This document shows positions 45,832-55,134 of a stretch of 64,000 nucleotides of DNA, piece by piece. Every line of letters begins with the position of its first letter. Position 1 is the first letter of the stretch. A program made the translations under genes and the position numbers. The notes under the pieces are model-generated. The model was not told the DNA's origin and searched no databases. It worked only from the letters and a program-made list of their open reading frames with translations. Source of the stretch: Dehalococcoidia bacterium (GTDB taxonomy: Bacteria; Chloroflexota; Dehalococcoidia; SM23-28-2; RBG-16-64-32); NCBI GenBank assembly GCA_963665775.2, contig CAXXTF010000002.1, positions 768,001 to 832,000 of the forward strand. Reading direction: 5' to 3'.

Positions 45832-45993
45832 ATGGATGCTAGGCACAGCCTCGTGTGGCTCTACGTTATGCCGCAGCTAGACCTGGAGGCAGAGTTGCTC
45901 GCCCGAGCGGCTGATGCCGCAGGCCGCCCCCACGGCGTACGGGCCGGCCTTGCCGCCGCCCTCCCCGCCAAGCGAACGAAAGGCTTGCGCTAG
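45832..45993 (+). CDS. Possible 53-aa hypothetical protein
   Basis: ATG with GAGAGG RBS, divergent from nuoA; no motif. Confidence 0.3.
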   Translation: MDARHSLVWLYVMPQLDLEAELLARAADAAGRPHGVRAGLAAALPAKRTKGLR

Positions 45994-46020
45994 ACGCCAT
46001 CTCCCTCCCATAATTCGACC

Positions 46021-46440
46021 GTGATGGAGTTCTTGCGACTGATCCAGTTGCCACGCCGGCTCTCACCCCGCGTCTGGCTCGTCTCTCTCCCCTCCGCTCT
46101 CATCTCCTTCGAGCGCAGACAGGGGCTGCCCAAGCTGCCCATCGGCCGCTGGCGATTCCTCGGTCTCCCCCTCATCGCCGCCGGGCTCGCCCTCTGGGCC
46201 TCTGTCTGGAGCCGCTCTGCGGTGCCGCCCCTGGTCCACCGCCGCACCCGCTGGACCAGAGACCCCAAGCCCAGCGTCACAGCCGGCTTGATGGTGCTGG
46301 GAGGCGTCGCCATCCTCCTCCGCTCCCTCCTCCTCGCCCTCTACTCGCTGGCCCTGGCCGTCGCCGCCGGCAGCCGCTCCATCACCGTCCAGGAGCCCCG
46401 CCCCGACGTACCGTTCAGCAACAGCGACCGCCCCCATTAG
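46021..46440 (+). CDS. Hypothetical membrane protein
   Basis: 2-3 hydrophobic helices; typical codon usage. Confidence 0.55.
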   Translation: MMEFLRLIQLPRRLSPRVWLVSLPSALISFERRQGLPKLPIGRWRFLGLPLIAAGLALWASVWSRSAVPPLVHRRTRWTRDPKPSVTAGLMVLGGVAILLRSLLLALYSLALAVAAGSRSITVQEPRPDVPFSNSDRPH

Positions 46441-46481
46441 GCTAGGCGCGGACCCACGGCTCAGGCCGGGACCTGCCCCCG

Positions 46482-46566
46482 CCCTTCGCGCCGTGCGATC
46501 CTGAGCCCTTCGCGCTCTGTCATTCTGAGCGCCGCGAAGAACCCCAGTTCCCCTTAGCGCAGCGAG
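46482..46566 (+). repeat. Composite family-A/B element downstream of GNAT gene
   Basis: CCTGAGCCCTTCGCG, TGTCATTCTGAGCGCCGCGAAGAACCCC, AGCGCAGCGAG. Confidence 0.75.
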
Positions 46567-46603
46567 GAGGCTGACTCGATGCCCGAATTACCGCGGCTAA
46601 GCA

Positions 46604-47170
46604 CTAGGCCGGGACCTGCCCTAGTACCCCGACCCCCTTCACCCACTCCCGCCGCAATTCCATCACCAGAAACGTGTGCCCATCCCGCCAGGAGGTGCCA
46701 CAGATAGCGAAGCCGGCCTTCCGGAAGGAACGCTGCGCCCGCTCGTTCCAGTCCAACGTGTGCAGATAGAGGCGTCTCATCCCGCCCTGCCCCAACAACA
46801 TCCGCACCATCGCCGTCAGCGCATCGGAGCCATACCCATGGGACCAGCAGCGCCGTTCTCCAATGCTGATGCCGATCTCCGCTTCGCCGCGGACCCGATC
46901 AATGTTGTAGTACATGATGTTGCCGATGTGCTGCCCGGCCCCATCCTCGATGGCGAAGGAACGCCCCGCCATATCGGTGAAGCGGTAATCAAACGACCAG
47001 TTGCGCTGGTAATCCTCGAAGGAGCTCCGCACCGGCCGCGAAGCATCGTACTCCGCCAGCTCCGGGTCCCGGCGCCAGCGATGCTCGTCCACCGCATCCT
47101 CCAACCGCTTTCGACGGATAACCGTCAGGCGGCCCCGCGCCACTACCTCATCGCCCGGAGAGAGCGTCAC
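46604..47170 (-). CDS. GNAT (RimJ/RimL-like) acetyltransferase
   Basis: HIGNI, EIGISIG..WSHGYGSD, NERAQRSFRKAGF. Confidence 0.85.
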   Translation of the reverse strand: MTLSPGDEVVARGRLTVIRRKRLEDAVDEHRWRRDPELAEYDASRPVRSSFEDYQRNWSFDYRFTDMAGRSFAIEDGAGQHIGNIMYYNIDRVRGEAEIGISIGERRCWSHGYGSDALTAMVRMLLGQGGMRRLYLHTLDWNERAQRSFRKAGFAICGTSWRDGHTFLVMELRREWVKGVGVLGQVPA

Positions 47171-47616
47171 TCCTCACCCCCCAGCATGGCGCGCGCCTTC
47201 ACCACCATATCAATTTCGTTCTTGTAGCTCAGCGCTTTCAATGCCGCATCCACCGGGAACCACTCTACCCGATCGTATTCCGCATCGTGGTCCGCCGTAT
47301 CGCCCCCTATCGCCTCCATAAGGTAGTGGTGCACGTACTTGTGATAGCGCACCCCATCGAATGCGAACCAGTACTCCACTACACCCACCTTCCCCACGAT
47401 CGCCACTTCCAGACCCGTCTCCTCCACCACCTCACGCACCGCCGTCTCCTCCAGCGACTCTCCGTCGTCTGGCGTGCCCTTGGGCAACCCCCACACTCCG
47501 TCCGAATCCCGACCGCAGACCGCCACCTCCAGCCCCGCCTCGCCCCACCGATACACCACACCCCCAGCGGAGACGGCCTCCAGCGCCGGCCCCTGATCGC
47601 CACCTGTAGTTGCCAC
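47167..47616 (-). CDS. NUDIX hydrolase
   Basis: LPKG.PDDGESLEETAVREVVEETG Nudix box. Confidence 0.93.
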   Translation of the reverse strand: MATTGGDQGPALEAVSAGGVVYRWGEAGLEVAVCGRDSDGVWGLPKGTPDDGESLEETAVREVVEETGLEVAIVGKVGVVEYWFAFDGVRYHKYVHHYLMEAIGGDTADHDAEYDRVEWFPVDAALKALSYKNEIDMVVKARAMLGGEE

Positions 47617-47618
47617 CC

Positions 47619-48542
47619 TTATTCCCCATGACCGATCGAGAGAGGCTCATCCGCAAAACCGATCTCCCTCAAGCCATCCGCTGCCGCCTCGCGCACGCCG
47701 GCCGCAGGGTCGTCAGCGAGCCCCAGAAGAAGCTCCTTCGCCGCTCCACCGCCGATCTCCGCCAGCGCTGTGATCGCGGCCTCCTTCACCTCCTCGTCCG
47801 GATCCGCCAACAGGGAAGCGAGCGCGCCAACAGCCTTCTCCTCCCCCAGCGAACCGCAGGCCACGGCCGCCTCATAACGAACCTCCGGCTCCTCATTGGA
47901 GAGTCCCTGCAGGATGAGAGGCAGCCAACGACCCTGGCAACTGCGCCCCATGGCGTGCACGGCGCTCACCGTTAGCCCTCGCACCCCGCTTTCGTACGCC
48001 TCACTTATCGCCTGCCGAACCCACGCCCTGTCGTGAGTTGATATCGCCTCCAGGGCCCGGCCCCGCACCTCCGCCACCTCACTCGCATCCTCCACAGTTC
48101 GACGCAGCCCCGCCTCGACCCGCTCGAAGTATCGATCGGGCAGACGACCGTACTCCGCCAGCAGCACAAAGCGCCCCAGCGCCAGGCTGGCCTCCGCCCG
48201 CACCCTCGCCTCCTCATCCCCCTCCATCATCTCCAGCAGCAGCCCGATGAGGTTCGGCTCCTCGCACTCCCACAGCCCTCGCACCGCCTCCAGCCGCATC
48301 TCCGCGTCCTCATCCTCACGAGCCAGGAAGAACACGGCATCAAAGTTCAGCTCCACGTTCTCCTCCGCCAGCCCCACCAGCTCCCGCACTACCCAGCGCC
48401 GGCGCTCCACCTCCAACCCCGGCCACACCCTGCCCAGCGCTTGCCCCTCCTCCGAGGCCAGCTCGGACAGCCAGACCAGTCCCGAAATCTTTGGCCTGGC
48501 CGCCTCCATCAGCTCCTGAAGACACTTCTCGAAACTCATCAC
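47619..48542 (-). CDS. HEAT-repeat protein
   Basis: Repeated D..VR..AA.ALG helices. Confidence 0.82.
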   Translation of the reverse strand: MMSFEKCLQELMEAARPKISGLVWLSELASEEGQALGRVWPGLEVERRRWVVRELVGLAEENVELNFDAVFFLAREDEDAEMRLEAVRGLWECEEPNLIGLLLEMMEGDEEARVRAEASLALGRFVLLAEYGRLPDRYFERVEAGLRRTVEDASEVAEVRGRALEAISTHDRAWVRQAISEAYESGVRGLTVSAVHAMGRSCQGRWLPLILQGLSNEEPEVRYEAAVACGSLGEEKAVGALASLLADPDEEVKEAAITALAEIGGGAAKELLLGLADDPAAGVREAAADGLREIGFADEPLSIGHGE

Positions 48543-49864
48543 TGCCCTCCGGAGGACACGCTCAGCCGGTCGAACCAGAAGGGCGGCGTATATAGCGTCC
48601 CCCCCACCCAGCGACCCTCCCAGCCGACCGCCATCAGCCGCCCAAACGCCTCGTGCACGTTACCCGCCACGATGGTGTCCTTCACCCGTCCCACGATCTC
48701 CCCGTTCTCTATCTTATACCCCAGGAGCACGTTGCCGGAGAAATCGCCGCCCATCACGTTCCCCTGCCCCGCCCCCATCAACTCCTCCACCACCAGCCCC
48801 TCCTTCACGCTACCCACCATCTCCTCGAACGCCGCCTCGCCGGCCCGCACCAGCAGACAGCTCGTGCCGATCGTCGGCTGGCTGGCCAGCGACCGATCCG
48901 CGCTGCCCGTCGACTTCGCCCCGGCCAGGCCCGCCGTCTGCAGGTCGTACAGGAAGTTCCGCACCACACCTTCCTCGATCAGCGGGAACGGTCGACTCGC
49001 CACCCCCTCATCGTCGAACGGCCGCGAGCCCGGCTGATAGTCGCGGGTGGCGTAATCCCATAGCGTGAATCGCTTGTCGTACAGCTCCTTCCCCAGGCAA
49101 CCCACCAGCGGCGACTGCCCCAGGTGCACCATCCGGCCGGAGAAGGCGACGGTCAGCGGCATGAGCAGCGCCCCGGCGATTCCCAGCGGCGTGAAGATGA
49201 CCGGCATCTCCCCCGTCCGCACAATGGCCGTCCGGCGCGAGTTCTCCAACTGCCGCGTCACGCTTGCCTCAACGGCCTTGGCGTCCACGTTAGGCCGGCA
49301 GGAGACATCCGAGTCGCCCACGAACAGCATATCTGTGCCGCGGATCAGCGTCCCGTGGAGCCCCACCGAGAGACTGCTGCGGCGGTAGCTGAACTGGCCG
49401 CCGTTGCTGTTCGCCACACTGATCGTCTGGACGTTACGACGCACCCCGGCATCACACAGCAGCTCCGGCTCGACCCCCCGCACGGCATCGATGAGCGACT
49501 GCCCCGTCTCGATCATGTCGTCCAGCGGCAGCGCCTCCGTCGCCGGGTCGAACACCTCCACCGCCGGCTGCTCCCCGTCCGTGGGGAAGTCGAACCTTGC
49601 CTCCGGCCCGAAAGGCGCCGTCTCCAGCGCCGCCTCCACCAGCTCCTGGACGTCATCGGGCCGGGTGCTGGAGGCGAAACCGATGCGCCCCCCGGCAATG
49701 ACCCGCAGGGCCACGCCGCTGCTGTGCCGCGAGTGGATCTCCTTCAGCCGGTTCGCCTCGAACCGCACCGGCGTCTCCTCCGACTCCACGGCGAACACCT
49801 CCGCCCGCTCCGCGCCACGCTGGCGGGCGAGGTCAAGGAGTTGGTCCCTTGCGATCCCTCTCAT
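48539..49864 (-). CDS. pmbA: TldE/PmbA family protein
   Basis: RPFDDEGV, GDFSG, lacks HExxH; start set at ATG 49864 overlapping phosphatase stop. Confidence 0.85.
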   Translation of the reverse strand: MRGIARDQLLDLARQRGAERAEVFAVESEETPVRFEANRLKEIHSRHSSGVALRVIAGGRIGFASSTRPDDVQELVEAALETAPFGPEARFDFPTDGEQPAVEVFDPATEALPLDDMIETGQSLIDAVRGVEPELLCDAGVRRNVQTISVANSNGGQFSYRRSSLSVGLHGTLIRGTDMLFVGDSDVSCRPNVDAKAVEASVTRQLENSRRTAIVRTGEMPVIFTPLGIAGALLMPLTVAFSGRMVHLGQSPLVGCLGKELYDKRFTLWDYATRDYQPGSRPFDDEGVASRPFPLIEEGVVRNFLYDLQTAGLAGAKSTGSADRSLASQPTIGTSCLLVRAGEAAFEEMVGSVKEGLVVEELMGAGQGNVMGGDFSGNVLLGYKIENGEIVGRVKDTIVAGNVHEAFGRLMAVGWEGRWVGGTLYTPPFWFDRLSVSSGGQ

Positions 49865-50400
49865 TCGAAAGCGTCCTGGGAACATCCCTTCAGAAGGTCA
49901 AGTAATTGCTGTCTTGTCGCGTTCCCGCACTCGATAGCCTCATAAGGATTCCTGTCCATCCTCTTCACCGTATCGATTGCCTCGCCAACCGATCGTCCCC
50001 TGCCGGCAACCAGCCAAGTGGCGAGAACATGTCCGGTCCGCCCGCTTCCACCGGAGCAGTGAACCACCACCGGCTGATTGGTGTCCACAGATTCCCTCAA
50101 GAACGGAAGAATGGTTTCACGGAGAACCTCAGGTTCGCAGAGATGATAGTCCTCCACTTCCGCCGGACATAGATTGTCATCGCCAAACTTGCGACGGTAT
50201 GTCTCGAAGAGTCCGTCATAGTAGGCGAGTTGAATCGGAGGGAGAAGGCAGCAAACCCTTCTTATTCCCTGTCCCTTCATGAAATCGATCCACTCTGTCA
50301 GTTCTTCCTGGCTCACGTGATGGCGGCCTAAACCTGGCCTCTGAGCGCCAAATACGATGGTCTCGTCCTCCGATGCCGGGCCAAAACCAAAACGATTCAC
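49861..50400 (-). CDS. Dual-specificity/protein-tyrosine phosphatase
   Basis: VVVHCSGGSGRTG (CX5R), EDY general-acid loop. Confidence 0.9.
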   Translation of the reverse strand: MNRFGFGPASEDETIVFGAQRPGLGRHHVSQEELTEWIDFMKGQGIRRVCCLLPPIQLAYYDGLFETYRRKFGDDNLCPAEVEDYHLCEPEVLRETILPFLRESVDTNQPVVVHCSGGSGRTGHVLATWLVAGRGRSVGEAIDTVKRMDRNPYEAIECGNATRQQLLDLLKGCSQDAFE

Positions 50401-50441
50401 TGCGGCTCCTCCTGACGTTTGACGCTACTTTCCACTAGCCC

Positions 50442-51815
50442 CTACCGCTCCCCCACCACGCAGTCCTGTATCCGGATATGCGGGCTCCCGTTGGACACCG
50501 GCAGCGGCATCTGCCCCCCCTTGCCGCAGCCGCCCCCCTGATTGAACCCCATGTCGTCCCCCAGCCCGTCGATGTTCATCAGCGTCGTGAACAGATTCCC
50601 CGTCAGCTTCACCGGCCGCACCGCCTCCGCCACTTTCCCGTCCCGGATCATGTACGCCTCGCCCGCCGAGAACGTGAACATCTCCATGCTCGTCGTCCCC
50701 CCAAACCAGTTCTTCGCGTACACCCCCTCCTTGATATCGCCGATCAGCTCCTCGAAGCTTAGGCTCCCCCGCTCGATATACGTATTCGTCATCCGCACGA
50801 TCGGCGGGAACCGGTAGTCAATCGCGCGAGCGTTGCCCGTCGTCCCCTCCCCCATCTTCCCCGCCGTCTCCCGCGAGTGCAGCCGACCCACCAGCACGCC
50901 ATCCCGGATCAGGTCCGTGTGCTGGGCCGGCACCCCCTCGTCATCGTACTTGAAGCTACCCCGCAGGCCCGGCACCGCCGCCCCGTCCATGATGTTCAGA
51001 TGCGGCTGCCCGAACGTCCGCCCCAGCACCATGATCTCCTTCATCCGGTCGTTCTCGTACACGAAGTCGGACTCCGACAGGTGACCGAACGCCTCATGGC
51101 AGAACACCCCCGCCAGCACCGGGTCCAGCACCACCGGGTACGTCCCCGCCTTCACGTACGGCGCCTCCAGCAGCTCCACCGCTCGCCTCGCCAGGCGGCG
51201 CGCCTCCTCCTCCAGCCTCTCCACGTACGAAAAGTCATTCAGAGCGCCCAGGCTCAGGCTCGCCTGCTGCATATCGCCGTCGCGCCGCGCCGTCGCCGCC
51301 AGCCGCGACACGACGTCGATCCGCTCCTGCTCGATGTACGACCCCTCAGAGCTGGCGAACGTCACCCGCTTGTGGCCGTCCCAATAGGTGATGTTGGTGC
51401 TGGTCACCCCCGGCACCGACCACATCGCCTCGTTGTAGCCGTCCAGCAGATCCCTCTTCCTCGATAAGGGGATAGGCCGCGGGTCCGTCTTCACCTCCAG
51501 GGGAACGATATCCACCACCGGCGCCGTCTCCGCCAGCAGGCTTCGCTCGCTCCCCACGTGGCGCGCCTGGCTCACCGCCTCCGCCACCCGCTCCCGCAGG
51601 CCCGTCGGATCGTTGAAGCTGACGAAGCCCCAGCCACCCTTCACCAGCGCCCTCACGTTGCCGCCGAAGCTACGCGTGCGGCCGATCTCCTCCAGATCAT
51701 GGCCCCGATACGTGATCCGGTTCATCAACGTATCGTCGAACCGGACCTCGACGTAATCGGCGTTATGGCCCCTTAGAGCGCCCTCAACCTCGTCCCGGCC
51801 AACGATATCGCTCAT
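50442..51815 (-). CDS. tldD: TldD metalloprotease
   Basis: HEAFGH, YDDEG, RMTNT, GCGKGGQ; start set at ATG 51815. Confidence 0.92.
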   Translation of the reverse strand: MSDIVGRDEVEGALRGHNADYVEVRFDDTLMNRITYRGHDLEEIGRTRSFGGNVRALVKGGWGFVSFNDPTGLRERVAEAVSQARHVGSERSLLAETAPVVDIVPLEVKTDPRPIPLSRKRDLLDGYNEAMWSVPGVTSTNITYWDGHKRVTFASSEGSYIEQERIDVVSRLAATARRDGDMQQASLSLGALNDFSYVERLEEEARRLARRAVELLEAPYVKAGTYPVVLDPVLAGVFCHEAFGHLSESDFVYENDRMKEIMVLGRTFGQPHLNIMDGAAVPGLRGSFKYDDEGVPAQHTDLIRDGVLVGRLHSRETAGKMGEGTTGNARAIDYRFPPIVRMTNTYIERGSLSFEELIGDIKEGVYAKNWFGGTTSMEMFTFSAGEAYMIRDGKVAEAVRPVKLTGNLFTTLMNIDGLGDDMGFNQGGGCGKGGQMPLPVSNGSPHIRIQDCVVGER

Positions 51816-51816
51816 G

Positions 51817-52476
51817 CTACGTGGTACGCGCCGCGCGACGGGACCCACCCTCGCCCATCTTCGGCTCCGTCCCCCGGATCAGGCGGCGTATGTTGCTGTG
51901 ATGGCGCGCCAGCACGAAAACGGTGGCGAACAGCCCGAACATCGCCTGACTATACGTGTACTGCTCCACCCCCGCCACGTTCTCCACCTTAAAGACGGCC
52001 AGCAGAAGGAAGGCCAGCCCTCCCAACGGCACCGTTACTATCGACATCAGGGACATGTAGCGGAAGGCCAGCATTATGAAGGCACCCACCGCCACCACGC
52101 CCAGCCCCACATGCAGCCCCAGCGCCGCGTACACCCCGAACGATGTCGCCACGCCGCGGCCGCCACGAAAACGGATAAACACCGGGAAATCGTGCCCCAC
52201 CAGAGCCGCCAGCCCAGCCGCCACCTGCAAATCATGGCTCTCGAACAGATACCAGGTGACCAGAACCGGGACATACCCTTTGAGCGCATCAGCCAGCAAC
52301 ACCGCCAGAAACGGCCCCTGCCCTAGCGTCCGCAGTATGTTGCTCGCCCCCGTCGCCCCGCTCCCGTAGTTCCGCACGTCGATCCGCTTCAGGAGCTTCC
52401 CGGCGAAGTACCCGCTGGGAATCGACCCAATCAGGTACGAGGCAAGGATTACGACAGCGAACTCCCACACGGTCAT
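51817..52476 (-). CDS. plsY: Glycerol-3-phosphate acyltransferase
   Basis: YLIGSIP, GSGATGASN, GHDFPVF..FRGGRGVAT, RHHSNI.RL..GTE; start ATG 52476. Confidence 0.93.
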   Translation of the reverse strand: MTVWEFAVVILASYLIGSIPSGYFAGKLLKRIDVRNYGSGATGASNILRTLGQGPFLAVLLADALKGYVPVLVTWYLFESHDLQVAAGLAALVGHDFPVFIRFRGGRGVATSFGVYAALGLHVGLGVVAVGAFIMLAFRYMSLMSIVTVPLGGLAFLLLAVFKVENVAGVEQYTYSQAMFGLFATVFVLARHHSNIRRLIRGTEPKMGEGGSRRAARTT

Positions 52477-53828
52477 TCCCCTCTGCTCCGGAACACCAGC
52501 CGAATCGCCGTCCCCTCGAACCCGAACCGCTCGCGAATGGCCTTCTCCAGATAGCGTCGATAAGAGAAGTGTAGCAGACTGGCATCGTTCGCGAACAGAA
52601 CGAAGGTCGGTGGCCGCACCTCCGCCTGCGTGGCGTACCTGATGTGCAGGGGGCGCCCTCCCTTCGACGGCGGCGGGTGGGCTGCCACCGCCGCACGAAT
52701 GGCCGTGTTCACCGCCGCCGTCGGCACCCGGACGGTACGCGTCTCGCCCACCTCCAGTGCCAGATCCAGCAGCCCCTCGACGTTCAGACCCGTCTTGGCG
52801 GACACGAAGGCCAGCGGCGCCCAGGGGGCAAACCGCAACCGACGCAAGGTCCGGTCGGCGAACCCCTGCCGGCTCTCGTCCGTATCCGCCGCCAGGTCCC
52901 ACTTATTGACCGCCACGATGAGCCCCTTGTAAGCGTCCGCGACGGCGCCGGCGATGTGCAGATCCTGGGCCGCCACACCCTGCGTCGCATCGAGCAACAG
53001 AACGCCCACGTCGCAGCGCTCGATCGCCTCCTTGGCGCGCATCACACTGTACCTCTCCAGACCCCGACCAACTCGCCCAGGCCGCCGGATCCCGGCCGTA
53101 TCGATAAGCAACAAACGCTCATCCCTATACACGAATGGGGAGTCAACGGCGTCCCGGGTGGTGCCCGGCTCAGCGCTCACTATAGCCCGCTCCTCACCCA
53201 GTATCGCGTTCACCAGCATCGACTTGCCAACGTTCGGCCGTCCCACCACAGCCAGCCGCAGCTCGTCCGACGGCGCCTCAGGCGTGGACGGCGGCAACAG
53301 CCCCTCCAACCGATCGCCCACCTCTCCCAGACCGACGCCGTGGTAGGCGCTCACCGGAATCGGGTCGCCCAGGCCCAGCTCGTAGAACTCCACCGCCGCC
53401 GCCCGACGCGTCTCGTTGTCCGCCTTGTTCGCCAGCAGAAGTACCGGCTTATCCCCCCGCCGCAGATCCGCCGCTATAGCCGCATCCACAGCCGTCACCC
53501 CCTCCGGAACCCCCACCAGGAACAGCACCACGTCCGCCTCCGCCAACGCCGCCTCCACCTGACGCCGGATCAGCGGGGAGTAGCCCTCCTCCACCGTCGG
53601 CTCCAGCCCCCCCGTATCGATGAGCACGAAGGCCTTACGACCCCATTCGACCTCGCCGTACAGCCGGTCACGCGTAGTCCCCGGGACCTCTTCCACTATC
53701 GCCTTGCGGCTGCCGACAAGCCGGTTGAACAGCGTGGACTTCCCCACGTTCGGCCGGCCAATGATGGCTACGACCGCTTTGCTTGAACCCACAAGACCAC
53801 GTGCGGAGCGAGTCATAGTATCGGACAC
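52473..53828 (-). CDS. der: Ribosome biogenesis GTPase Der (EngA)
   Basis: Two GRPNVGKS G-domains, GTTRD, NKWD, KH-like C-terminus. Confidence 0.97.
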   Translation of the reverse strand: MSDTMTRSARGLVGSSKAVVAIIGRPNVGKSTLFNRLVGSRKAIVEEVPGTTRDRLYGEVEWGRKAFVLIDTGGLEPTVEEGYSPLIRRQVEAALAEADVVLFLVGVPEGVTAVDAAIAADLRRGDKPVLLLANKADNETRRAAAVEFYELGLGDPIPVSAYHGVGLGEVGDRLEGLLPPSTPEAPSDELRLAVVGRPNVGKSMLVNAILGEERAIVSAEPGTTRDAVDSPFVYRDERLLLIDTAGIRRPGRVGRGLERYSVMRAKEAIERCDVGVLLLDATQGVAAQDLHIAGAVADAYKGLIVAVNKWDLAADTDESRQGFADRTLRRLRFAPWAPLAFVSAKTGLNVEGLLDLALEVGETRTVRVPTAAVNTAIRAAVAAHPPPSKGGRPLHIRYATQAEVRPPTFVLFANDASLLHFSYRRYLEKAIRERFGFEGTAIRLVFRSRGE

Positions 53829-53830
53829 AG

Positions 53831-55120
53831 CTACGGCCCCTGCTGGGGCGCCTCAGGCTCCTCCAGTTGCACCTGGAGCTCCTCCCGCGATACCGAATCT
53901 ACCGCCAGCCCCGCGGGCGCCGTCACCATCACCTCAACGGTATGCTCGCCCGCCGCCAGACCCGAAAGCTCCAAGATCACCACTATGTCACCAGGACTCA
54001 CAACGAATAGCGTCGGCAACGGACCGGACAGAGTCACCTCCACAGAGGGCAACTCCCCCACCAAGCTCAGCCCCTCTCCCAACCCCGCAGCCATCAGCGG
54101 CACCAGGAACACCAACTGCCCCGAGGCCGCCTCCACCCGAACCGTCACGATAACGCTCACCTCCTCACTGACGTTGGCGCCCGCCGGCAATTCCAGAGAA
54201 ACGGCCCGCACTAAGCTGCTGCTCACCCCACTTATATCGACTGCTTCAGTCTGGACCCCAGCCTTCTCCTGGATCAGGCTCGGCAGACCGAAGATCGTCA
54301 CCGTCGACGGGCTCACCGTCACCGACACCAGATTGTAGCCATCGAGGGGTGCGCCCTGCACCTCCGCAACTATGACCACCGTCCGGCTGAACAGCGTCGG
54401 CTCGATGTTTATCGTTACCGCTATGACGCTCGGCTCCACCGTCACCCCCTGAACCAAAAACCCCCGCTGGTCCCGCGGCTCCAGCCGCACCGCCTGCTCC
54501 AGCGGCGCGCTTCGGCCGCTAACGTCCAGCGACGCCACTACCCGGCTCACCGTGTCCACCCTCTCCTGAGCACCGATCACCAGCACCGTCTCCTCCTCCA
54601 GCTCCGGCAAACCCATAGTGAAACCGGACAACGGCTGGCCCTCCACCTCCACAACAACGGGTACAGACTCGCTAAACAGCGGCTCCAGCCTCACCTCGAT
54701 CTCAAGCGGCTCCGCGTCGATAACCCGTAGCCCGCCCCGGCTGGTGAGCGCCTCCACCTTCACCGGCAGGTCATGAACACCCACCCTCAACCCCTCCAGG
54801 TCCACTGTCGCCTCGAAGTCCACCACCGTCAGCTTCTCCCACTCATCCCGGTCCACTCTGATCCGCGGCCGCACCGTTGCCAGCTTATCCGCCAGAGCCA
54901 CATCCGGTGGCACCGCTACCGGCTCCACCTCCAGATCCAACGGCAATACACCCTCGCGGGTCTCGCTCTCCGTGTCCGCCACGAAGATCCAGAGGCCGAC
55001 GGCCAGCACCCCCGAGAGGGCTACTAACCCACCGTTCTGCCGCACCGACCTCGCCACCGCCATCACGACCACCAGTAGGAACGACAACCCTTCCCGAAAT
55101 AGCCTCCACGGATGCCCCAT
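53831..55120 (-). CDS. cdaR: YbbR/CdaR diadenylate cyclase regulator
   Basis: N-terminal TM then repeated YbbR-like beta domains; downstream of cdaA. Confidence 0.82.
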   Translation of the reverse strand: MGHPWRLFREGLSFLLVVVMAVARSVRQNGGLVALSGVLAVGLWIFVADTESETREGVLPLDLEVEPVAVPPDVALADKLATVRPRIRVDRDEWEKLTVVDFEATVDLEGLRVGVHDLPVKVEALTSRGGLRVIDAEPLEIEVRLEPLFSESVPVVVEVEGQPLSGFTMGLPELEEETVLVIGAQERVDTVSRVVASLDVSGRSAPLEQAVRLEPRDQRGFLVQGVTVEPSVIAVTINIEPTLFSRTVVIVAEVQGAPLDGYNLVSVTVSPSTVTIFGLPSLIQEKAGVQTEAVDISGVSSSLVRAVSLELPAGANVSEEVSVIVTVRVEAASGQLVFLVPLMAAGLGEGLSLVGELPSVEVTLSGPLPTLFVVSPGDIVVILELSGLAAGEHTVEVMVTAPAGLAVDSVSREELQVQLEEPEAPQQGP

Positions 55121-55134
55121 CTCTCAGCCCTGAA

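Noticed and set aside
17545-53810. Further possible degenerate repeat copies in phnC (PEQVVQG, ~17550), ACS (LSAGSR, ~23157), mutS (~30265), recO (SGLGQD, ~32495), recR start and der N-terminus
   Set aside because: Too diverged to distinguish from chance by eye; needs a profile search
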